Positions 1 through 8,555 of a DNA stretch of 32,000 nt are shown here, in pieces (position 1 is the first letter of the stretch; the number at the start of each line of letters is the position of its first letter). The DNA is taken from sequence record Ga0181570_10000307; one strand, given 5' to 3'. The notes under the pieces are model-generated. The model saw nothing but the letters and a program-made list of their open reading frames with translations. It did no database searches and was not told where the DNA came from. Made by a program: the position numbers and the translations under genes. Origin of the DNA: a metagenome.

Positions 1-67
1 GGCTTGTCTGTAAATGTAACGTGTATACGATGAAACGACGACGAGGTCATTCCTCATAAACTGACTG

Positions 68-187
68 ACGACGACAGGCAAACGCCGAGGTTGGGAAGAG
101 CGCAAACAATCAAAACAACGGTTACGACGACAGGCGAACGTCGAGGTTGGGAAGAACGCAAACAATCAAAACAAAGATTACGACGAC
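68..187. repeat. 56-bp tandem direct repeat (2 full units plus an 8-bp restart) running directly into the ATG of the THUMP-domain gene
   Basis: Units 68-123 and 124-179 (acgacgacaggc.aacg.cgaggttgggaaga.cgcaaacaatcaaaacaa...tt) differ at 5 of 56 positions. The unit restarts as acgacgac at 180-187, followed by ATG at 188. Confidence 0.9.
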
Positions 188-943
188 ATGTCCGACGAGT
201 ACTCCAGAACTGTGAAACTGTCCGATGACTTGAGCTACGTGCCACCGACGGCGCCGCTACCATCTTGGCTCAAAGGCTTCTTTGTGACGACGATGCAACA
301 CGGCGAAGATGCGGTGGTGAAAGCCGCCGTGGAGGCGTCTAACATTTTGAACGACTATTGGTTCAAGATGGCCTACGACGCGCATCGTCTGGATGGAGAA
401 AAACCGTATGACAAAGCCGAAGCGATGTGGATCCCTGGCGTCGATCACTGCGCGTTCGTCGCGTTGCGCCCTGACGATAACGACGTCAATGTCTACCTCG
501 TCGGTAAAGCCATCATCGAAGAGTGTAGGACGGGCGCCGATTGGAAACAACCCACGTCGGTTTGCCGCATCGTTCCGGTAGAAAAGACGGCGAGCGAACT
601 CGATTTTGAACGTCTCGCGAACGAAATGTGCGCCAAGCACTTTCCCAAACGCTCAGCCGACGAAGAGCCAATCACCTTTGAAGTCCACTACGAAGAACAC
701 GGCGCTTTACACCACCTTCGTGCCAGCGACGTCAACCGTACAATCGCCAAGTACGTTCCGGATGTCGGCTACGAGGTGAATTTGAAGAACCCAAAGTACA
801 CAATCATGTGCATCAACGCCGGTGGTTCTTTCATGATGTCCGTCGTCGAGCAATACGACGCTTTACGTCACTTCAACGTCCACACCGCCGTGCACGAAAA
901 GCTTTCCGACACCGTACCGGCGTCGAGCCAACCAGCCGCGTGA
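188..943 (+). CDS. THUMPD1: THUMP domain protein, THUMPD1/Tan1-like (tRNA-modification adaptor family)
   Basis: Complete ATG-to-TGA ORF of 251 aa. It is collinear with THUMPD1 as I recall it: N-terminal GFFVTT...VEASNILNDYW (cf. GILITCN...EEAYSLLNEY) and the C-terminal THUMP block TFEVHYEEH...EVNLKNPKYTIMCI...SVVEQYDALRHFNV (cf. TFQIVYKSR...VDLTNPQYTVVVEI...SVVKDYMLFRKYNL). Confidence 0.7.
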   Translation: MSDEYSRTVKLSDDLSYVPPTAPLPSWLKGFFVTTMQHGEDAVVKAAVEASNILNDYWFKMAYDAHRLDGEKPYDKAEAMWIPGVDHCAFVALRPDDNDVNVYLVGKAIIEECRTGADWKQPTSVCRIVPVEKTASELDFERLANEMCAKHFPKRSADEEPITFEVHYEEHGALHHLRASDVNRTIAKYVPDVGYEVNLKNPKYTIMCINAGGSFMMSVVEQYDALRHFNVHTAVHEKLSDTVPASSQPAA

Positions 944-1313
944 CTCTGCGTTTACGTTCCGAGTTTACGCGCCGCGCCCGCGACGACAATCGCGACGACG
1001 GACGAAACATAAGATTTTACAACGATTCATCACTCTTCTTTTCCTTACCCATTCACAATGATCTGTCCACGGCGTCGATGAGTCCCTCTCATTGCCGCCT
1101 CGGTCCGATATAAAGTCCGACTCGTTCGTTCGTTTAGAAGACGAACCAAGACGCCGAAATTCCATAAAATCCATCCAGTCTCATCCAGGGGTACTGGTGG
1201 GCGGCTGGGTGCTCTACTGAAGAGAGGATAAGCGAGATGATTAATCCGCCTCGTGCGCACTGCGCGCCGCGCGACGCCGACGGAGCGGACCCCCATCCGA
1301 TCGTCGACACGCC

Positions 1314-2837
1314 ATGCCGGCGTCCAACTTTGAAGCCTCCCTCGCCGGGGCGATCGTCGACGCGCTCAAGACGTCGCCGTTGTACGTGACGTTGCCGGCG
1401 CTGGTGACGACGCTCACGATTTTGATCTTCCTCCTGGACCAGCTGAGCCACGGCCCGCTGAAGCCGAGAAACTCCCCGCCGGTGATCAACGTCGCGCCGG
1501 TGTTCGGAGGAATGCTCGCGTTCCTCGCCGGACCGATCTCGCTGATGAAGAACGCGTTGCCGCGGTACGGTGAGGTTTTCACCGTTCCGGTTTTGCACAA
1601 GCGCATCACGTTTCTCATCGGGCCGAAGGTGAGCGAGTTCTTCTTCAAGGCGAAGGATACGGAGATGTCTCAAAAAGAAGTGTACGAGTTTAACGTTCCG
1701 ACGTTTGGGAAAGGGGTCGTGTTCGACGTGGATCACACGACTCGAGCGGAACAGTTTAGATTCTTTGCGGACAGTCTCAAGAGCAACAGGTTGCGCATGT
1801 ACGTCGGCATGATGGTCAAGGAGGCGGAGGACTTTTTCGCCAAGTGGGGCGACGAAGGCGAGATTGACTTGTTGGAACAACTCTCTGAGCTCATCGTGCT
1901 CACGGCGTCGAGATGCTTGCTCGGTCGCGAGATTCGCGAGACGCTCTACTCTGAAGTGACAGAGTTGGTACACGACTTGGACAAGGGCATGGTTCCGCTC
2001 TCAGTCTTCTTCCCGTACGCCCCGATCGAGCCGCACCGCAAGCGCGACGCCGCGCGCAAAAAGTTGGCCAAGATTTTTGACAAGGTTATCCAATCTCGAC
2101 GCGAAAGCGGCGCGAGCGAACCGGATGTGTTGCAAACCTTTATCGACGCTAGGTACAAGGATGGCAGCAAGCTCACGAATGACCAAGTCCTCGGTATGCT
2201 CATCGCCGTCCTCTTCGCCGGCCAACACACCTCCTCTATCACCTCTACCTGGACCGGTCTCCTCTCCATCGAGAACAAGGATCGCGTGATCCCGACCTTG
2301 GAAAAGGAGCAAATTGCCGTCATGAAGAAGCACGGCAAGGAGCTCGATTTCGATATTTTGGCGGGCATGGACGAGCTCCACTTTGCCGTCAAGGAAGCGT
2401 TGCGCATGCACCCGCCTCTCATCATGCTCCTTCGCATGGCCCAAGTTCCGTTTGAGGTTGAAACTTCCACCGGTAAGAAGTTCACCGTGCCGAAGGGTCA
2501 CATTGTAGCCACCTCTCCCGCGTTCGCTCACCGTCTCGAGTCTGTGTACACCGATCCGGACCAATACAAGCCGGAGCGTTTCCGCGAACCGAATCCCGAA
2601 GACAAGGGCGCATTCGCCTCCTTCATCGGCTTCGGTGGCGGCCGGCACGGCTGCATGGGCGAGACTTTTGCCTACATGCAAATCAAAACCATCTGGTCCA
2701 TCCTCTTGCGTAACTTTGAGTTTGAGCTCGTCAACGCCAAGGCTCCCGAGCCCGATCTCACCGGTATGGTTGTCGGTCCGGACCAAGCCAACAAGGGTTG
2801 CTACGTGCGTTTCCGCCGTCGCGTCCTCAAGGCGTAA
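1314..2837 (+). CDS. CYP51: Sterol 14-alpha-demethylase, cytochrome P450 family 51 (plant/algal obtusifoliol 14-demethylase type)
   Basis: 507-aa ATG ORF with an N-terminal membrane anchor. It has the CYP51-diagnostic I-helix motif AGQHTSS and the heme-thiolate loop [14 protein letters not shown]. The length and YGEVFTVPV.. block are typical of CYP51. Confidence 0.93.
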   Translation: MPASNFEASLAGAIVDALKTSPLYVTLPALVTTLTILIFLLDQLSHGPLKPRNSPPVINVAPVFGGMLAFLAGPISLMKNALPRYGEVFTVPVLHKRITFLIGPKVSEFFFKAKDTEMSQKEVYEFNVPTFGKGVVFDVDHTTRAEQFRFFADSLKSNRLRMYVGMMVKEAEDFFAKWGDEGEIDLLEQLSELIVLTASRCLLGREIRETLYSEVTELVHDLDKGMVPLSVFFPYAPIEPHRKRDAARKKLAKIFDKVIQSRRESGASEPDVLQTFIDARYKDGSKLTNDQVLGMLIAVLFAGQHTSSITSTWTGLLSIENKDRVIPTLEKEQIAVMKKHGKELDFDILAGMDELHFAVKEALRMHPPLIMLLRMAQVPFEVETSTGKKFTVPKGHIVATSPAFAHRLESVYTDPDQYKPERFREPNPEDKGAFASFIGFGGGRHGCMGETFAYMQIKTIWSILLRNFEFELVNAKAPEPDLTGMVVGPDQANKGCYVRFRRRVLKA

Positions 2838-3168
2838 GATTACGACGCTGACGACGAAGCGCAAGAAGATGACGACGACAAAGACGGGTCCAAATGAAGC
2901 GTCGGTCCGCGCCAGCCATTCCGTGAATACGCCCGCGCCCGACCGTTTCATCATCACTATTTTAATCGTCACGTCCACTAGTGTTGTTTTACCCATCCTC
3001 CCCCTTGTCCGCGCCCGTCCAACAACGCTCGATTCGTCCGCCCACGCACGCCGAACTCTCCATCCAAATTCCACCCTGACGACAAACGCGAGCTCCTTCA
3101 GCCATACCTCATTCACAGACTCTCACGACGCGCGCGCCCCCGCCGGTACGGCGTACGTTCCACGAACC

Positions 3169-4173
3169 ATGCGCCGCGCCGGAAAGCTCGCGCGCGACGC
3201 TCTCACCCGCGCGCGTGCCGTCTCATCCGCGTGTGCGTCAACGACGTCGGCGTCACCGGCGCAGACGCATCACGAACTCGCCGCGCTGCGAGGTTTTCAG
3301 AGAGATCCAACTTGGACGCCCCGCTCGGGATCTGCGTCGTTTTATTCAACCAAGGCGGAGCGCGCCGCGAACCGCCGTCCGATTCTTCGTGGGGAGGACC
3401 TAAACGCGATCCGCGTCGAACCGGTGACGGCGGACATGGCGAAACGAGGGTCGTTGACGCCGACGGATGGAACGCTGTACGGCGAGCCGCCAGAGACGTG
3501 GGAAGAGAGAGAACGCGCGACGTTGGACTTGGACGCGATGGAGGCGACAGGAACCGGGACGACGGCGATGGATGAGATTGATGCATTACTCGAGGAGTTT
3601 TTACAGAGTGGGAAGATTGAGGGGTCGCCTTTACCATCGTTGGAGGAAATCATGGCGGTCGGGCGGTCGACGGGCGAGGAGGATGAGGACGAGGAAGAAG
3701 AAGAGGAAGAAGAGGACGAAGCGGGAGGCGTTCGACGACGAAAAGGCGATGAGACGCCGGTAAGAGTCCCGATCAGGGACTCTGCGGGCAGAAGCTACGG
3801 TACGGGGAAACGTAAGACGGCGATCGCGCGGGTGTGGTTGACCCCGGGCGGTACCGGCGAGCACAAGGTGAACGGGCGACCATACGACGAGTACTTTTCG
3901 ACTCCCGCCTCTCGAGCCGTAATGGTGGCGCCCTTCTTCGTCTCGGACACCCTCGGCGCGTTCACAGCCACCGTTGACGTTCACGGTGGTGGGGTCTCTG
4001 GTCAGGCGCAGGCGGTGCGTCACGGGGTTTCCGTCGCGTTGCAAAATTACGACCCGGCGTTTCGCCCGGCGTTAAAGGCTGCCGGATTTCTCACGCGCGA
4101 CTCGCGCATCGTCGAGCGTAAGAAACCGGGCAAGGCCAAGGCGAGAAAATCATTCGCGTGGGTCAAACGTTAG
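3169..4173 (+). CDS. RPS9: Organellar (most likely mitochondrial) ribosomal protein uS9 with a long N-terminal extension and an acidic tract
   Basis: The C-terminal ~130 aa is a canonical uS9 domain ([16 protein letters not shown]...VNG....EYF ... [19 protein letters not shown] ... [28 protein letters not shown]). The track ORF begins at 2635 inside the CYP51 CDS in another frame. The first ATG clear of CYP51 is 3169 ([10 protein letters not shown].., presequence-like). The start is uncertain. Confidence 0.85.
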   Translation: MRRAGKLARDALTRARAVSSACASTTSASPAQTHHELAALRGFQRDPTWTPRSGSASFYSTKAERAANRRPILRGEDLNAIRVEPVTADMAKRGSLTPTDGTLYGEPPETWEERERATLDLDAMEATGTGTTAMDEIDALLEEFLQSGKIEGSPLPSLEEIMAVGRSTGEEDEDEEEEEEEEDEAGGVRRRKGDETPVRVPIRDSAGRSYGTGKRKTAIARVWLTPGGTGEHKVNGRPYDEYFSTPASRAVMVAPFFVSDTLGAFTATVDVHGGGVSGQAQAVRHGVSVALQNYDPAFRPALKAAGFLTRDSRIVERKKPGKAKARKSFAWVKR

Positions 4174-4313
4174 CGAGAACAGAATTGAAATCGATATTAA
4201 CATCATCGTTATTTAAGACGCGACGAAACCGAGCGTCGGGTGTGAACAGCGCGAATGCCGCGTTCTAAAAAGCGTTCCCTCCTTGACGCAAACCTCACAA
4301 CAGACTAGTCGTC

Positions 4314-4799
4314 ATGTCCCGCGTCACCCGCGCCATCGCGCGCGTCATCACGTCATCCTCGCGCACGAGCGCGATGGCGTCTGGTTTCGTGCACTCGACC
4401 GACGCGCGCATCGCCGTCGGCGTCACGGACTCGTTCGCGCGCGCAGCATCCAGCGCAGGCTCGCTGACGACTTTCCACCGAGGTTTTGCCGCCGACGCGA
4501 CGACGAGCGCGCGATCTGCCTACGGTGTCACCGACGATAACGCGTATACCGTCTCCGAGGATGAGTTGGAGCTCGCGTCGACGAGCGAGCGGACGTCAGC
4601 GACGCGCGCCAAGCCGACGAAGAGGAAGAATCACATCAAACGCATGGCTCAGCGAGACGCGTTTCGCAGGGAGAATGCTCGGGTGCATAAAGAAAACGAA
4701 CAGCGAGCGGCAATTTTGAGACAGGAGAAGCGGATAGAGCGTTGGAGGGCGGCGGCGGCGCGAAGGAGGGAGTACGACGGCGTGGGTGATGACGCGTAG
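4314..4799 (+). CDS. Hypothetical small protein with a presequence-like Ser/Thr/Arg/Ala-rich N-terminus and a highly basic coiled C-terminus
   Basis: 161-aa ATG ORF with high third-position GC like neighbouring genes. I recognise no family. It lies 140 bp downstream of uS9 on the same strand. Confidence 0.45.
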   Translation: MSRVTRAIARVITSSSRTSAMASGFVHSTDARIAVGVTDSFARAASSAGSLTTFHRGFAADATTSARSAYGVTDDNAYTVSEDELELASTSERTSATRAKPTKRKNHIKRMAQRDAFRRENARVHKENEQRAAILRQEKRIERWRAAAARRREYDGVGDDA

Positions 4800-5075
4800 A
4801 GCCTATTGTACTGTGTTAGGTTAGGCCTCTTGTAAAGAAGGCGAAGTGTTTATATTCGCGTTCACACGTTCTTCAGCGGCCTCGCGTGTGAATTCAGATG
4901 ATGCGTGCGTGCGTGAATGATTACAATTGCTTTTTGTCTTGTGTTATACCGCGTCTGAGAAGCGCGTTCATCGATCGCGTTTTCAGACGCCGCGCGTGTG
5001 TATGTTTGGCTGCGTACAACTTGGATTGGTACAGAAGTAGTAAAGTGTGATGATTTGTCTTGTCGTCGATTCTTC

Positions 5076-7739
5076 TCACTTTTTCCGAGAGTCTCTCGCC
5101 GAGGAATCCCACGCCTCGGGTTCCCAAGTTCCATCGAGTTTTTCCGGTGCGTTGAGCGTGTTCGCACCCGCGCCCGTGGCGCGACGAATGGGTTCAGCAC
5201 TCGTCAACGCCGTGTGCATGGCGTGCGCAAACTTATCCTTGGCACGGTCGCCAAAGGAAAGGTTTGTCTCCTTGGGTGTGAGCTCCGCGGCGTCGAGGAA
5301 GCGATCCGTCGCCGCTTCCCACGAGAGTCTGTAAGAATCGTTCGCGCTGAGCGGTTCGGGATCCGTCGTCAACGCCTTGTGCACGCACTCGCTAAACTCT
5401 CGCGGGTTGTCGTAAACAAGACAATTTGGAAAGCTCGAAAAGAATTCATTGCTCGGATGCTTGGCGCACACGACAAACTTACCCATCGCTAAAGCCTCGG
5501 CGGTGGTGGTCGCGACGACGTCGGAAAGTGAAGGGTTGACAAACACCTTGTAGTCGTGAATGTCCTTGGCGGCGTGGTCCTTGCGTCCTCGGAAGTGTAA
5601 TGGGAGATTTCTTTGCTCAGACGAGCTCTTAACGTCGTCGAAATCGTCGCCATTGCCGAAGACGTCGAGCTCCAGAGGATGATCTCTCCCGGTGTCACTC
5701 GCGTTGTGCTCTGACACCCGGTCGAGAAGTTCCTTGTATCCTTTACCCCAGACGACTTTACCAAGGAAATACGCCCCTTTGGAGAAGACTGGCTTGGATG
5801 CCTTGGAGGCGAGCTTCGGTTTCGGCGACGTCCGCCCTATGGACGCCAGCGGACCGTTGACCATTTCCACATTTTCAGACTGCTTTTTGCTCGCCTCGAT
5901 AGCCTTCTTGGAACCGACGTCTAGGAATATCGGCGATACCCCGTGGACATTCATCGTCGTGCTCTTCGGAAACTCTTGCACGGCGTCCGAAAGCTTGATC
6001 ACCTTGTGACAATGCACGCTCGAGACGACGTTGTTGACAAATCTCAGTGCCTTCTCCTTGATTGGTCCGTTTTCCTCCAATCGAACATAGTCTAGGTAAT
6101 TCGTGTGAACGATGCCTACGACGTGCTTGAACTTGTCCGTCCAACGCTCGCCCGCGTGGTACCAGTTGAGATGCTCGGGCTCTTCCAAAACAGCAATGTC
6201 CGCGTCGCGATCGCCCGGAATGTATGACGTCAAGTCGCCCACCGGAATGATGGAGTACTTATCCGTCGCGTATCTCCCCGGATAAAAGGACAATTTCATC
6301 TCCGGCTTGAACCCACACCGCTCCTCGACCCACTTTTTCACGTATTCTCCTTGTTCTTCGGGAGTGTTGAAAATCATGTTCGGGTGCACGATGGCTTGTT
6401 CCTTTGGCGCCAAAAACGGAATGACAAGCGTCACGTCGTGAATGCCTCTTCGGGCGAGATAAGCCGCGCGGAGGAGCGGGTTGACAGCCGTTCCTGTCAT
6501 CCACGGTAGTGTAGCCGTGGTGACGATGGCGACCGAGCGTCCGGGCTCGCGAATCGACCGGGGCATATCCTTGCCGTTGGCGGCGCGAGCCATCGTCTCC
6601 CTCGCCTCGAGCGCCTCAGCAGACGTCAACTCCTTACTCTCAGATCTCTTGAGCATGACCCCGGGGCTCGACAGACTGGCGTCGTGCGGAGAAGAAATCA
6701 TCACCTCATCTGATTTACCGGCGAGTCGTCGAACGGCGTTCTGTAACTCGTTCTGCAACTCGTTCATCTTGGGTAGACTGGGCGGTCGGGGAAGCCTCGC
6801 CGTGATTTCCTTTTTGAAATTGTCGAAGACGTTGACGTTGTCGCTGCCCTCGACAACAATTGAATCATTCCTAGGCGGCGGCGGCTCGGAAGTCGACGGG
6901 GCAGTGTCCCGAACATCATCCAGGGACGCGCTCTTCGTCATGCGCGGCGGCCCGGGCGACACCGGGCGTCTTCCTGGAGACGCCTTGGGCGTCGTCGGCG
7001 GTTTCGGCGCAGCCGTCTCGACGCTCATCCCCGCGCGATCAATCGTCTCCGACTGCGCCCGTCGACGGTTGATCTGCCTACCACTCCACCGCTCACTTTG
7101 TTGTCGCTTCTGCTTCGCCTCCTCCTGGCTCTGATTCGCGCTTATCGCCTTGAAAACGTCCCACTCTTCGCCCCATTTCGGAATGGATGGCGCGCGCGGC
7201 ATCGATTTCGCAATCAAAGCTTGCAAGTCCTGCGTCGACCTCCTCGACTCTGACCCGCGTTCGTCATCCTCCTTGTCAACATCATCCGCCCCCGACATTC
7301 TCGGTCGTCTTCTCAACCGTTCCATGAACCGCGCGTCGTCTAATTTCGCCAACGAATCCTGACTCGCCCGTCTCGCCAGCTCCGTGATGGCGCTAATGCT
7401 CAGCTTCTTTTTTCTCCCAGCCCGTCTCGCCGCGTCCGCCTCTCCGTCCCCACCACGCGCGAGTTCCTCCGTCACCCCGGGAGACGACGACCGCGGGGCG
7501 GACCCGAACGAAAAGCTAAAGTTGCTCGCGTTCCACGCCCGCTCAACCTCTGAAGAAAAGTGTTTGTGGTGCCTATCCACCGCCGCTTTGAGTTGCTCCA
7601 TGTTGAAGACGTCCCCGGGTGTTCTCGACCCGCTCGCCGCCGACACCGTCGCGCGTCGCTCGTCCGCGTCACCCGCCGCCGCCGCCGCCGCCGCCGCCGT
7701 CGGCGGTCGGCCTTTATCCCCGCCGTTTCCGCGCGTCAT
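5076..7739 (-). CDS. DGD1: Digalactosyldiacylglycerol synthase (DGD1-type, GT4) with a ~400-aa low-complexity N-terminal extension
   Basis: The C-terminal ~486 aa (5079-6536) is collinear with plant DGD1/DGD2 as recalled: IVTTA(S)LPWMTGTAVNPL.RAAYLA, DIAVLEEPEHLNWYH, GIVHTNYL.YV, CHKVI.LS.A.QE.PKS...NVHGV.P.FL. The ORF stays open to an ATG at 8039, but codons 7740-8039 are AT3-rich and cross a (CGTT)n microsatellite. I therefore prefer the ATG at 7739 (MTRGNGG..). Confidence 0.9.
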   Translation of the reverse strand: MTRGNGGDKGRPPTAAAAAAAAGDADERRATVSAASGSRTPGDVFNMEQLKAAVDRHHKHFSSEVERAWNASNFSFSFGSAPRSSSPGVTEELARGGDGEADAARRAGRKKKLSISAITELARRASQDSLAKLDDARFMERLRRRPRMSGADDVDKEDDERGSESRRSTQDLQALIAKSMPRAPSIPKWGEEWDVFKAISANQSQEEAKQKRQQSERWSGRQINRRRAQSETIDRAGMSVETAAPKPPTTPKASPGRRPVSPGPPRMTKSASLDDVRDTAPSTSEPPPPRNDSIVVEGSDNVNVFDNFKKEITARLPRPPSLPKMNELQNELQNAVRRLAGKSDEVMISSPHDASLSSPGVMLKRSESKELTSAEALEARETMARAANGKDMPRSIREPGRSVAIVTTATLPWMTGTAVNPLLRAAYLARRGIHDVTLVIPFLAPKEQAIVHPNMIFNTPEEQGEYVKKWVEERCGFKPEMKLSFYPGRYATDKYSIIPVGDLTSYIPGDRDADIAVLEEPEHLNWYHAGERWTDKFKHVVGIVHTNYLDYVRLEENGPIKEKALRFVNNVVSSVHCHKVIKLSDAVQEFPKSTTMNVHGVSPIFLDVGSKKAIEASKKQSENVEMVNGPLASIGRTSPKPKLASKASKPVFSKGAYFLGKVVWGKGYKELLDRVSEHNASDTGRDHPLELDVFGNGDDFDDVKSSSEQRNLPLHFRGRKDHAAKDIHDYKVFVNPSLSDVVATTTAEALAMGKFVVCAKHPSNEFFSSFPNCLVYDNPREFSECVHKALTTDPEPLSANDSYRLSWEAATDRFLDAAELTPKETNLSFGDRAKDKFAHAMHTALTSAEPIRRATGAGANTLNAPEKLDGTWEPEAWDSSARDSRKK

Positions 7740-7876
7740 TTCGTTTCCCGCGTCCCCGTCCGAGTCGCTCGTCCGCGGGTTGGGCCTCACCCGAACGACC
7801 GGCCTCACCCGCGCGCGCGTCTCACCCCGATCCGTCCCGTCCCACGACGCGATGCGCGCGCGAGGGTTCCTCCTAT

Positions 7877-7910
7877 CGTTCGTTCGTTCGTTCGTTCGTT
7901 CGTTCGTTCG
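7877..7910. repeat. (CGTT)n microsatellite, about 8.5 units
   Basis: Perfect cgttcgttcgtt... run read directly from the sequence, in the DGD1/WAPL divergent intergenic region. Confidence 0.95.
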
Positions 7911-8105
7911 ATCGGCGTCGACACCGGGCCCGTCGCCGTCTCCCGTCTCGCGCTCGCGCGTCGAGGCCGAACGGATCGGTCGTTCAACATGGTACACACT
8001 GTTTACACATATATACAAGCACCACGATTTCCACGTCATCGATGCGTTCGATCGATCGGTGATTTTCCGGTTTCATCGCGTCGACGACGACCGACGCGCG
8101 CGCCC

Positions 8106-8124
8106 ATCGATCGATCGATCGATG
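8106..8124. repeat. (ATCG)n / GATC-palindromic microrepeat
   Basis: atcgatcgatcgatcgatg read directly. A related copy, catcgatgcgttcgatcgatcgg, lies at 8037-8059. Confidence 0.9.
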
Positions 8125-8475
8125 TCGCGCGTGAACCGAGTGTGTGTGTCTGTCTGTACGCATGTCTGTCTATCTGTACGCACAAACAGTCACGAGTGTG
8201 GAGTCACGTTTTCCCGCGCGAAGACCATCTCATCCGTCTGGCGCGGGTCCGTCTCGCGAGAAGACGACGGATCGCCCGTCGACGACCGGGTTCCGTGGGC
8301 GCCGACGAGCGCGAAGGAAAGGGGCGCGAAGGAAGACGCGTCGACGCGGGTCGGTCGACGCCCGGGGAGGGAGCGCGCGGACGGACGATCGACCGGACGG
8401 ACGCGAAGATTGAAGATTCTGGATTTTTGAGTTTTTGAGCTTTCGATTCGACTCGAAGCGTCTGTCGTTTTAAAA

Positions 8476-8497
8476 CGTTCGTTCGTTCGTTCGTTCG
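8476..8497. repeat. (CGTT)n microsatellite, about 5 units, ~60 bp upstream of the WAPL ATG
   Basis: cgttcgttcgttcgttcgttcg read directly. Confidence 0.95.
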
Positions 8498-8555
8498 TCG
8501 AGGCGCGAGTTTCTGTTCCGGTGCCGTGAATTGGAGATAAAGGACCGACGGCGCG

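Noticed and set aside
2001-3116. Long ORFs antisense to or overlapping well-supported genes (2001-3116 -, 1134-1973 -, 7384-8430 +, 7560-8438 +, 9831-10784 -, 10781-11485 -, 25211-26086 -, 16952-17872 +, and others)
   Set aside because: They are Arg/Ser/Ala/Pro/Gly-rich low-complexity translations with no recognisable domains. They lie opposite genes with strong homology. Open antisense frames like these are the expected artefact of GC-rich, stop-poor DNA.
2635-3168. 5' extension of the uS9 ORF overlapping the end of CYP51
   Set aside because: It overlaps the CYP51 CDS in a different frame and then crosses the spacer with a low-complexity translation. The first ATG beyond CYP51 with a presequence-like peptide is 3169.
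7740-8039. Upstream 100 codons of the DGD1 ORF (ATG at 8039)
   Set aside because: The first ~12 codons are AT3-rich, unlike local coding sequence. The frame reads straight through the (CGTT)n microsatellite as ERTNERTNERTN, so it is more likely 5' UTR or promoter. I cannot exclude the longer model without transcript data.
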